Source of the DNA: Nemertoderma westbladi
Lineage: Eukaryota; Animalia; Xenacoelomorpha
Direction of reading: 5' to 3'
Assembly: GCA_032718475.1 (NCBI GenBank)
Contig: JAUCBJ010001185.1
Coordinates: 10,315 to 74,314 of the forward strand
DNA: 64,000 bases
Part shown: positions 49,321 through 61,352 of the stretch, in pieces
Position numbering within the stretch: position 1 is the first letter of the stretch
Layout of the letters: each line of letters begins with the position of its first letter
Notes under the pieces: generated by a model
Told to the model about the DNA's origin: nothing
The model's database searches: none
What the model saw: only the letters and a program-made list of their open reading frames with translations
Translations under genes and position numbers: made by a program

Positions 49321-49419
49321 TACCCGGGTGACAAATAATTGTAACCAGAGTGACAAATATGAAATATCTGAAATTAATTGGCCACACTCAGTGACACTAG
49401 TAATGCTAACTTGGTAACA

Positions 49420-50945
49420 GATGGGGAATGGTTTACTGTGGTACTGTGGACGATCACCAATGGCGGTGAATAGGCATTCCTTTAGGAAACAGAGTGGAAG
49501 GGTTTACTGTGGAAGATCACCCATGGTAGTGAACAGGCATTCCTTTAGGAAAAAGAGAGGAAGGGTGTACTGTGGAAGATCATCCATGGTGGTGAACAGG
49601 CATACCCTGGGGAAACAGAGTGGAATGGTTTACTGTGGAAGATCACCCATGGTGGTGAACAGGCATTCCTTTAGGAAACAGAGTAGAACGGTTTACTGTG
49701 GAAGATCACCCATGGTGGTGAACAGGCATACCCTGGGGAAACCGAGTGGAATGGTTTACTGTGGAAAATCACCCATGGTGGTGAACAGGCATTCCTTTAG
49801 GAAACAGAGTGGATTGGTTTACTGTGGAAGATCACCCATGGCGGTGAACAGGCAATCCTTTAGGACACAGAGTGGAACGGTTTACTGTGGAAGATCACCC
49901 ATGGTGGTGAACAGGTATACCCTGGGGTAACAGAGTGGAATGGTTTACTGTGGAAGATCACCCATGGTGGTGAACAGGCATTCATTTAGAAAACAGAGTT
50001 GAATGGTTTACTGTAGAAGATCACCCATGGTGATGAACAGGCATTCCTTTAGGAAACAGAGTGGATTGGTTTACTGTGGAAGATCACCCATGGCGGTGAA
50101 CAGGCAATCCTTTAGGACACAGAGTGGAAGGGTTTACTGTGGAAGATCACCCATGGTGATGAACAGGCATTCCTTTAGGAAACAGAGTGGAACGGTTTAC
50201 TGTGGAAGATCACCCATGGTGGTGAACAGGTATACCCTGGGGTAACAGAGTGGAATGGTTTACTGTGGAAGATCACCCATGTTGGTGAACAGGCATTTAT
50301 TTAGAAAACAGAGTTGTATGGTTTACTGTAGAAGATCACCCATGGTGATGAACAGGCATTCCTTTAGGAAACAGAGTGGATTGGTTTACTGTGGAAGATC
50401 ACCCATGTGGTTGAGAACAGGCATTCCTATATGACACAGAGGAAGGGTTTAATGAGGACGATCACCCATGGTGGTGAACAGGCATTCCTGTAGGACACAG
50501 AGAGGAAGGGTTTACTGTGTAAGATCACCCATGGTGGTGAACAGGTATACCCTGGGGAAACAGAGTGGCATAGTTTACTGTGGAAGATCACCCATGGCGG
50601 TGAACAGGCATTCCTTTAGGACACAGAGTGGATTGGTTTACTGTGGAAGATCACCCATGGCGGTGAACAGGCATTCCTTTAGGAAACAGAGTGGAAGGGT
50701 TTACTGTGAAAGATCACCCATGGCGGTGAACAGGTATTCCTGTAGGAAACTGAGTGGAAGGGTTTACTGTGGAAGATCATCCATAGTGGTGAACAGGCAT
50801 TCATTTAGGAAACAGAGTGGAAGGGTTTACTGTGGAAGTTCACCCATGGTGGTGAACAGGCATTCCTTTAGGAAACAGAGTGGAAGGGTTTACTGTGGAA
50901 GATCACCCATGGCGGTAAACCTGAACAGGCATTCCTTTAGGAGGC
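49420..50945. repeat. 63-bp tandem minisatellite, about 24 copies
   Basis: Unit about GTTTACTGTGGAAGATCACCCATGGTGGTGAACAGGCATTCCTTTAGGAAACAGAGTGGAAGG, with alternating variants. Confidence 0.96.
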
Positions 50946-53148
50946 CGGATGTTTGGTAAAAATACAAATACAACCAAACGACCGCTCGTTAAAGATTTTG
51001 GTTGAGCAAATAATTGCGTGAAAACTGTGTACTGTAGCTCTTCTTAGAACGTGTCGGTTTTGTTGATTAGAGTTGCGCATGTATTATTGTGAAATACAGG
51101 ACAAATTAAGGGTCGTGGTGGTCGTGGTATCTACGGCATATGTTTTTAAAAAAATTGGGAAAATTGTTAGAGCCATTTTTAATTTGATGATAATTTAATT
51201 ATCATCACGCATTTATTAACATAGATTCATAGCAGAGGTGATTAAAGACTGACGGCAAGTAGGGAGGGTTCAATTGTGATTGTGTCAATAATTCCCCGTT
51301 ATTGAATCTCAGTTATATTTAGCATTTATATTATGTCTGTCTCTTGTTGACGCTTAAAATCTTACGTCCAGCTTTATTTTATTTTCCAATCAATCCTCGA
51401 GGCATTAATGTTTTCATAGAATATTAACCAAGGAAGTGCCTTAATCTTTTATTTATGTTGCTTCTTTACTTTAACTAATAGCGACTGGCGCTTCTGTCTC
51501 ATCTAGGCCCATTTGTCCGTTACTTTAGACTTGCTTATCTTAGAAGAGCACCTGCTTACACTTATAGTTTATTAGACCCTGGAGACCACTGACTGTGCTG
51601 AATGCTTCGCAGACAAGCCTTCGTCTGCAAATCTCATTGGCCCGTTTCTTATCGCAGAATTTACTCCCTTTAAAAATTCTTACCCCGGGGTTTAAATACC
51701 ATTTATCTGATAAATATTTTTATTTCTTGGTAATTAGTTATTAAAATGTAAATTAATTCGTATTTCCTAATATTATCTTAATTTCATTGCGCAAAAACTA
51801 TACTAAGTTAACATATTTTATTAAAGATGTTTAATACAGGGTACTTAGTGGCTGACCATTATTGTTGTAATCAATGTCTGCAGGGGCAACCACCTCCTTA
51901 TCAACCCTATTATCACTTTCCCCCTCCAACTCAGTGTGAACCTGGGATATACTGCTGCCCATCTAATCAACAGTTCAACCAACTCGACACTCCTTTCTCG
52001 CCTATTGTAGGTTTACTTATACTTAGCGAATTACAGTAAGAGTGAGGTCAAGTTAATAATTGAGGCATGGAGGTCGTAACCTATAACAAATTACAATAGC
52101 TTTGTTATACGCACAACCTTAGAGAAACCCCAAATACAAAATATGGAACAATTGGCCCTGCAGTAATTTTCCTAATTGATAGCAATTCGACAGAAATTAA
52201 TAATAATAATAATAATAATATATTTATAAGGCGCCTTTTAAGGGTAATGAAATAAGGCGCGCACACAACACAATTCGGCATTGTACACCATTAAAAGCAG
52301 ACTATATAAAATTATGGAAGGAACTATTAAAAAACTGTAATGCACAGTAGTCTGTAATAAAATTAAACTAATACAAGCCAAACAAAAGCTACAACTAACA
52401 GGGATACACCTATTTACTGTATGGAAATTGGCACTTTTCAGCGTTATGACCCAAGTTTATTTATATACCGAGTGAGCGCAGCGAGGGAGGGAGGTTTACA
52501 TAATATCCAAGGGTCTTTAACGCTGAATAGTTCCATTTTCATTCAATGATGTACGTAATTTTGTTTCAGGATGTCCACTTAAATTATTGTAATGGTTGGT
52601 GATATGAACCCCGTTACTGTGGAGAGGACTACCCATGTTTTCCTTGAGTCGTTTTTTCCTGATTTTTTCATCACATCTCTAGAATAAATTACATAACAGA
52701 GGCAGGGGAGACTTAACGTAATTCCTATCTTGACAATTAATATACAAAACGCAAAACAATAAACGATAATTACACAATGCGATAATTAATAGCGCTCATG
52801 TTGACATGTTACATGAACAGGTTGCTACTCTCGAAATCAGCTGTTATTTGCGTCTATTTTTCATAAAGTCATAAAGAGTGTTCAATAATTTTGATTGGTG
52901 CATGAAGTGCCCCATAATCCACCAATTAAACAACCTAACTTGATATGATTATTTAACTTGAACACAATCAAAATATATTCCTATCAAGGGGAAAATCGAC
53001 TCGAATAACAGCTGATTACTCCCGCAAATGAAACTGTACCCTGTTCTACACAGCCAAGTACATAAAAATGTAACTGTAACTATTAATTCTCGTTTCTATC
53101 GGGTTGGTTATAAACTGCCGCTACAACCTGTTCATTTCCCTATTATAG

Positions 53149-53296
53149 ATTACCCAAGGATCTCTAAACTTCCATGATGTGCTTCTGGAGGTAAATGGAA
53201 ACAAAGTTGCGGGTTGTTGTCAGCGTGACGTCATAAGATTAATCCAACACACATGTGTGGACGGATCACCCGCTAAGCTTCTCACAGCACAAACTG
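53149..53296 (+). CDS. MAGI: MAGI coding exon 2 (PDZ0 C-terminal part)
   Basis: TATAG| ITQGSLNFHDVLLEVNGNKVAGCCQRDVIRLIQH...TAQT G |GTGAGC; phase 0 in, phase 1 out. Confidence 0.9.
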
Positions 53297-53574
53297 GTGA
53301 GCCATTTTGTTATTATTATATTCGTTTTAATTTACTAATGCCTGCCTGCCTACATGGTTTCCTGTTAATTTTTGGCTGTGTGTCGATGACGGACTATACT
53401 ATGCCCCTATTTGGTTTGTGTTCAGTTTGGCCTTATACATTTATTATAGGCATAAGTAAGTTGGCTTTACCGAAAATAACTTTTATTTGGCGCAATTGTA
53501 GGACTATGATGCGACCAAACACATTTTAACCGGGTAGTCGCGTAATTTATATAATGAAGTTAATATCTCTCCAA

Positions 53575-53682
53575 ACCACGTCCGGGGTTTCGATCTTACT
53601 GGGTCTCATCAGCGTGGTGTCGGATTCGAACTTGGGACCTCGAGGTGGCAGCCGAGGCAGCAACCTCAAGGCCACAGGTTCT
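53575..53682 (-). ncRNA. tRNA-derived head followed by a degenerate minimal type-I hammerhead
   Basis: Minus strand: A-box-like TGGCCTTGAGG, CTGCCAC loop, B box GTTCGAATCC, then ACCACG-CTGATGA-GACC(CAGTAA)GATC-GAAA-CCCCGGA-CGTGGT. The triplet reads GGA instead of GUH. Confidence 0.72.
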
Positions 53683-54104
53683 TGAGATATTGAGTATTAA
53701 TTTCAAAGCCAGCAGCCATTTTATTAGCCCCTGATATTTATTTATCATAGTAACAAGGTGTTGATTGTCATGCAGTGTTATCGAGGTGTTTGTTTATAGG
53801 AACTGTTCTAGGGGTTTTAATCTCGAATGATTAGTTTATTTTAGAGACAATAACTTAATGTTTTTATTGGCGCATTTGTAGTACTAATCCATCCAATCAC
53901 TAATCCCTAATCCCATCCCTAATCCCCTCACATGGGTACATTTTAATCGAGTAGTGCAAACATTTAGGAATCGCGTATATTATTTTTTAATAACAAACAC
54001 TTCAATAACATAGCTTATTAAACCAAACCAAACCAAACACCTTGTTACTATCAGTTTGGTCTTGCGTTATTAACATCCAACGACCATCTATCTCTTCAGT
54101 ATAA

Positions 54105-54275
54105 TCTACATGCTGCATTGCAGCTGAATTGAGATTACCCTGCCTTCAACAGATAATTTGTACTGCCTAACATTGAATCCACAATCTTCATGCTGAAATG
54201 CAGCTTGCATAAGTAAGAATGCTGTGTGGGCTTATCGTCAAAATTGCGCCGCCACAACTCCCTATCCCGATTGAC
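54105..54275 (-). mobile_element. Short 3' remnants of LINE family A
   Basis: TAAGAATGCTGTG...CAAAATTGCGCCGCCACAACTCCCTATC matches about 31638-31690; CATGCTGCATTGCAGCTG matches about 31614. Confidence 0.7.
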
Positions 54276-54821
54276 AGGCTCTTGACCTACACGGACGGGT
54301 TGTGGTATCCATATTTTAGAGCTACCGGTACTATAAAATCCCAACTCAATAAACCATATTTTTATCACAAATTCAAAAAAATTAAAGTATTATTTCAGTT
54401 AACCAATTAATAGCCTAGATACTGAAGCGCGCCAAAGTTAGTTCCACCCACTAATGTTCCGATCAATAATATTGTAGTTGTTGCATCTGTTTACAACGTG
54501 TTCCTTCATGTACCTGCGACCATATCGGTTCGGTATAGGTGGTGTGAATCTATTATTAGTTACAGTATGTCTCATAATAAAGATAAACAGGTTGTTTTTA
54601 TCATCTTTTAATAAATTATTGAATAGAGTTGCTCTGTGTCGGTTAGTAGAGGACTTGTCTATCAGTGTACACTACACTGAACTTATTAAGGCTGTTGGTC
54701 CCTTCACCCACACAGAATGAACTCGTAATGTGTGCCCTTCAAAATAGGTATAGCTTGTTAATTCTTCAAGGGTGGTCTCATAATGGGCGAGTAATTTGCT
54801 GGAGGGTTGTTTATGTTTAAT

Positions 54822-55644
<823 letters not shown>

Positions 55645-55786
55645 TAGTTGTCTGTTTCTTATTGCGATTCGTCGAAGGTCGAACCTAATAAATATATCGC
55701 TATACTTTATATACTATTTACATAATTACAAAAAATGTTACTTTCTTTTTGTGAAAGTTATTTTACTGTCTAACACTTACCTGCAG

Positions 55787-55906
55787 GTACAACGAGAGAA
55801 CCGAGAAACGATGAGACCCCGGGAATGGACTACTGCTTTATTTCAAAAAATAAATTCCTGCAGATGGAAGCTTCTGGACAACTACTGGAGTCGGGAGAAT
55901 ATGATG
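55787..55906 (+). CDS. MAGI: MAGI coding exon 4 (guanylate-kinase-like domain)
   Basis: CTGCAG| (C)TTREPRNDETPGMDYCFISKNKFLQMEASGQLLESGEYD(G) |GTAGGT. Confidence 0.95.
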
Positions 55907-58900
55907 GTAGGTGGTCCTCTGTACAACTAAGTAACGAGAGTATGATGGTAGGTGGTCTTCTGTACAACTAAGTAACGAGAGTATGATGGTAGGTGGTCCT
56001 CTGTACAACTAAGTAACGAGAGTATGATGGTAGGTGGTCCTCTGTACAACTAAGTAACGAGAGTATGATGGTAGGTGGTCCTCTGTACAACTAAGTAACT
56101 AGAGTATGATGGTAGGTGGTCCTCTGTACAACTAAGTAACTAGAGTATGATGGTAGGTGGTCCTCTGTACAACTAAGTAACTAGAGTATGATGGTAGGTG
56201 GTCCTCTGTACAACTAAGTAACGAGAGTATGATGGTAGGTGGTCCTCTGTACAACTAAGTAACTAGAGTATGATGGTAGGTGGTCCTCTGTACAACTAAG
56301 TAACTAGAGTATGATGGTAGGTGGTCCTCTGTACAACTAAGTAACTAGAGTATGATGGTAGGTGGTCCTCTGTACAACTAAGTAACTAGAGTATGATGGT
56401 AGGTGGTCCTCTGTACAACTAAGTAACTAGAGTATGATGGTAGGTGGTCCTCTGTACAACTAAGTAACTAGAGTATGATGGTAGGTGGTCCTCTGTACAA
56501 CTAAGTAACGAGAGTATGATGGTAGGTGGTCCTCTGTACAACTAAGTAACTAGAGTATGATGGTAGGTGGTCCTCTGTACAACTAAGTAACTAGAGTATG
56601 ATGGTAGGTGGTCCTCTGTACAACTAAGTAACTAGAGTATGATGGTAGGTGGTCCTCTGTACAACTAAGTAACGAGAGTATGATGGTAAGTGGTCCTCTG
56701 TACAACTAAGTAACGAGAGTATGATGGTAGGTGGTCCTCTGTACAACTAAGTAACGGGATTATGATGGTAAGTGGTCCTCTGTACAACTAAGTAACGAGA
56801 GTATGATGGTAGGTGGTCCTCTGTACAACTAAGTAACGGGATTATGATGGTAAGTGGTCCTCTGTACAACTAAGTAACGAGAGTATGATGGTAGGTGGTC
56901 CTCTGTACAACTAAGTAACTAGAGTATGATGGTAGGTGGTCCTCTGTACAACTAAGTAACTAGAGTATGATGGTAGGTGGTCCTCTGTACAACTAAGTAA
57001 CTAGAGTATGATGGTAGGTGGTCCTCTGTACAACTAAGTAACTAGAGTATGATGGTAGGTGGTCCTCTGTACAACTAAGTAACTAGAGTATGATGGTAGG
57101 TGGTCCTCTGTACAACTAAGTAACGAGAGTATGATGGTAGGTGGTCCTCTGTACAACTAAGTAACTAGAGTATGATGATAGGTGGTCCTCTGTACAACTA
57201 AGTAACGAGAGTATGATGGTAGGTGGTCCTCTGTACAACTAAGTAACGGGATTATGATGGTAAGTGGTCCTCTGTACAACTAAGTAACGAGAGTATGATG
57301 GTAGGTGGTCCTCTGTACAACTAAGTAACGAGAGTATGATGGTAGGTGGTCCTCTGTACAACTAAGTAACGAGAGTATGATGGTAGGTGGTCCTCTGTAC
57401 AACTAAGTAACGAGAGTATGATGGTAGGTGGTCCTCTGTACAACTAAGTAACGAGAGTATGACGGTAGGTGGTCCTCTGTACAACTAAAGAACGAGAGTA
57501 TGATGGTAGGTGGTCCTCTGTACAACTAAGTAACGAGAGTATGATGGTAGGTGGTCCTCTGTACAACTAAGTAACGAGAGTATGATGGTAAGTGGTCCTC
57601 TGTACAACTAAGTAACGAGAGTATGATGGTAGGTGGTCCTCTGTACAACTAAGTAACGGGATTATGATGGTAAGTGGTCCTCTGTACAACTAAGTAACGA
57701 GAGTATGATGGTAGGTGGTCCTCTGTACAACTAAGTAACGGGATTATGATGGTAAGTGGTCCTCTGTACAACTAAGTAACGAGAGTATGATGGTAGGTGG
57801 TCCTCTGTACAACTAAGTAACGAGAGTATGATGGTAAGTGGTCCTCTGTACAACTAAGTAACGAGAGTATGATGGTAGGTGGTCCTCTGTACAACTAAGT
57901 AACGGGATTATGATGGTAAGTGGTCCTCTGTACAACTAAGTAACGAGAGTATGATGGTAGGTGGTCCTCTGTACAACTAAGTAACGGGATTATGATGGTA
58001 AGTGGTCCTCTGTACAACTAAGTAACGAGAGTATGATGGTAGGTGGTCCTCTGTACAACTAAGTAACGAGAGTATGATGGTAAGTGGTCCTCTGTACAAC
58101 TAACTAACGAGAGTATGATGGTAGGTGGTCCTCTGTACAACTAAGTAACGAGAGTATGATGGTAGGTGGTCCTCTGTACAACTAAGTAACGGGATTATGA
58201 TGGTAAGTGGTCCTCTGTACAACTAAGTAACGAGATTATAATGGTAGGTGGTCCTCTGTACAACTAAGTAACGAGAGTATGATGGTAGGTGGTCCTCTGT
58301 ACAACTAAGTAACGGGATTATGATGGTAGGTGGTCCTCTGTACAACTAAGTAACGGGATTATGATGGTAAGTGGTCCTCTGTACAACTAAGTAACGAGAT
58401 TATGATGGTAAGTGGTCCTCTGTACAACTAAGTAACGAGAGTATGATGGTAGGTGGTCCTCTGTACAACTAAGTAACGGGATTATGATGGTAAGTGGTCC
58501 TCTGTACAACTAAGTAACGAGATTATAATGGTAGGTGGTCCTCTGTACAACTAAGTAACGAGAGTATGATGGTAGGTGGTCCTCTGTACAACTAAGTAAC
58601 GAGATTATGATGGTAAGTGGTCCTCTGTACAACTAAGTAACGGGATTATGATGGTAAGTGGTCCTCTGTACAACTAAGTAACGGGATTATGATGGTAGGT
58701 GGTCCTCTGTACAACTAAGTAACGAGAGTATGATGGTAGGTGGTCCTCTGTACAACTAAGTAATGAGAGTATGATGGTAAGTGGTCCTCTGTACAACTAA
58801 GTAACGAGAGTATGATGGTAGGTGGTCCTCTGTACAACTAAGTAACGAGAGTATGATGGTAAGTGGTCCTCTGTACAACTAAGTAACGAGAGTATGATGG

Positions 58901-61086
58901 TAAGTGGTCCTCTGTACAACTAAGTAACGAGAGTATGATGGTAGGTGGTCCTCTGTACAACTAAGTAATGAGAGTATGATGGTAGGTGGTCCTCTGTACA
59001 ACTAAGTAACGAGAGTATGATGGTAGGTGGTCCTCTGTACAACTAAGTAACGGGATTATGATGGTAAGTGGTCCTCTGTACAACTAAGTAACGGGATTAT
59101 GATGGTAAGTGGTCCTCTGTACAACTAAGTAACGGGATTATGATGGTAAGTGGTCCTCTGTACAACTAAGTAACGGGATTATGATGGTAGGTGGTCCTCT
59201 GTACAACTAAGTAACGAGAGTATGATGGTAGGTGGTCCTCTGTACAACTAAGTAACGGGATTATGATGGTAAGTGGTCCTCTGTACAACTAAGTAACGAG
59301 AGTATGATGGTAAGTGGTCCTCTGTACAACTAAGTAACGAGAGTATAATGGTAGGTGGTCCTCTGTACAACTAAGTAACGAGAGTATGATGGTAGGTGGT
59401 CCTCTGTACAACTAAGTAACGAGATTATGATGGTAGGTGGTCCTCTGTACAACTAAGTAACGAGAGTATAATGGTAGGTGGTCCTCTGTACAACTAAGTA
59501 ACGAGAGTATGATGGTAGGTGGTCCTCTGTACAACTAAGTAACGAGAGTATGATGGTAGGTGGTCCTCTGTACAACTAAGTAACGAGAGTATAATGGTAG
59601 GTGGTCCTCTGTACAACTAAGTAACGAGAGTATAATGGTAGGTGGTCCTCTGTACAACTAAGTAACGAGAGTATGATGGTAGGTGGTCCTCTGTACAACT
59701 AAGTAACGAGAGTATGATGGTAGGTGGTCCTCTGTACAACTAAGTAATGAGAGTATGATGGTAAGTGGTCCTCTGTACAACTAAGTAACGAGAGTATGAT
59801 GGTAGGTGGTCCTCTGTACAACTAAGTAACGAGAGTATGATGGTAAGTGGTCCTCTGTACAACTAAGTAACGAGAGTATGATGGTAAGTGGTCCTCTGTA
59901 CAACTAAGTAACGAGAGTATGATGGTAGGTGGTCCTCTGTACAACTAAGTAATGAGAGTATGATGGTAGGTGGTCCTCTGTACAACTAAGTAACGAGAGT
60001 ATGATGGTAGGTGGTCCTCTGTACAACTAAGTAACGGGATTATGATGGTAAGTGGTCCTCTGTACAACTAAGTAACGGGATTATGATGGTAAGTGGTCCT
60101 CTGTACAACTAAGTAACGGGATTATGATGGTAAGTGGTCCTCTGTACAACTAAGTAACGGGATTATGATGGTAGGTGGTCCTCTGTACAACTAAGTAACG
60201 AGAGTATGATGGTAGGTGGTCCTCTGTACAACTAAGTAACGGGATTATGATGGTAAGTGGTCCTCTGTACAACTAAGTAACGAGAGTATGATGGTAAGTG
60301 GTCCTCTGTACAACTAAGTAACGAGAGTATAATGGTAGGTGGTCCTCTGTACAACTAAGTAACGAGAGTATGATGGTAGGTGGTCCTCTGTACAACTAAG
60401 TAACGAGATTATGATGGTAGGTGGTCCTCTGTACAACTAAGTAACGAGAGTATAATGGTAGGTGGTCCTCTGTACAACTAAGTAACGAGAGTATGATGGT
60501 AGGTGGTCCTCTGTACAACTAAGTAACGAGAGTATGATGGTAGGTGGTCCTCTGTACAACTAAGTAACGAGAGTATAATGGTAGGTGGTCCTCTGTACAA
60601 CTAAGTAACGAGAGTATAATGGTAGGTGGTCCTCTGTACAACTAAGTAACGGGATTATGATGGTAGGTGGTCCTCTGTACAACTAAGTAACGGGATTATG
60701 ATGGTAAGTGGTCCTCTGTACAACTAAGTAACGAGAGTATGATGGTAAGTGGTCCTCTGTACAACTAAGTAACGAGATTATGATGGTAAGTGGTCCTCTG
60801 TACAACTAAGTAACGGGATTATGATGGTAAGTGGTCCTCTGTACAACTAAGTAACGGGATTATGATGGTAGGTGGTCCTCTGTACAACTAAGTAACGAGA
60901 GTATGGTGGTAGGTGGTCCTCTGTACAACTAAGTAACGGGATTATGATGGTAAGTGGTCCTCTGTACAACTAAGTAACGAGAGTATGATGGTAGGTGGTC
61001 TTCTGTACAACTAAGTAACGAGAGTATGATGGTAGGTGGTCCTCTGTACAACTAAGTAACGAGAGTATGATGGTAGGTGGTCCTCT
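55895..61086. repeat. 41-bp tandem satellite, about 126 copies, filling a MAGI intron
   Basis: Unit GAGAGTATGATGGTA(G/A)GTGGTCCTCTGTACAACTAAGTAAC; begins across the exon 4 donor. Confidence 0.98.
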
Positions 61087-61115
61087 AATCGCATCCAAAT
61101 AATTGCGCCATTTAG

Positions 61116-61311
61116 GTAACTATTACGGAACTCCAATGCCACCACGTGAATCCCCTGTGACGTCATTGGAATCTAGTCCCTCGCATCCCGCTGTTACCAA
61201 GGACAACCAGGTTCATCCAATGGAAAATGACTCAGTAGACAAACCGTTGGAACCTTTACCGGATAACTGGGAGGTGGCCTACACTGATAATGGGGATCGT
61301 TATTTTATAGA
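61116..61311 (+). CDS. MAGI: MAGI coding exon 5 (end of GuK-like domain, start of WW1); gene continues beyond the window
   Basis: TTTAG| (G)NYYGTPMPP...LEPLPDNWEVAYTDNGDRYFI(D) |GTAAGT. Confidence 0.95.
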
Positions 61312-61352
61312 GTAAGTTTTATGTTGCACGTGCTGCGCGAAGGCCCACGAAC

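Noticed and set aside
49421-50959. 21-aa repeat protein ORFs
   Set aside because: 63-bp minisatellite with scattered stops and indels inside an intron.
51827-52039. Short Cys/Pro/Gln-rich ORF as an extra MAGI exon
   Set aside because: The flanking MAGI exons already join in phase to give a continuous PDZ0; no recognisable homology.
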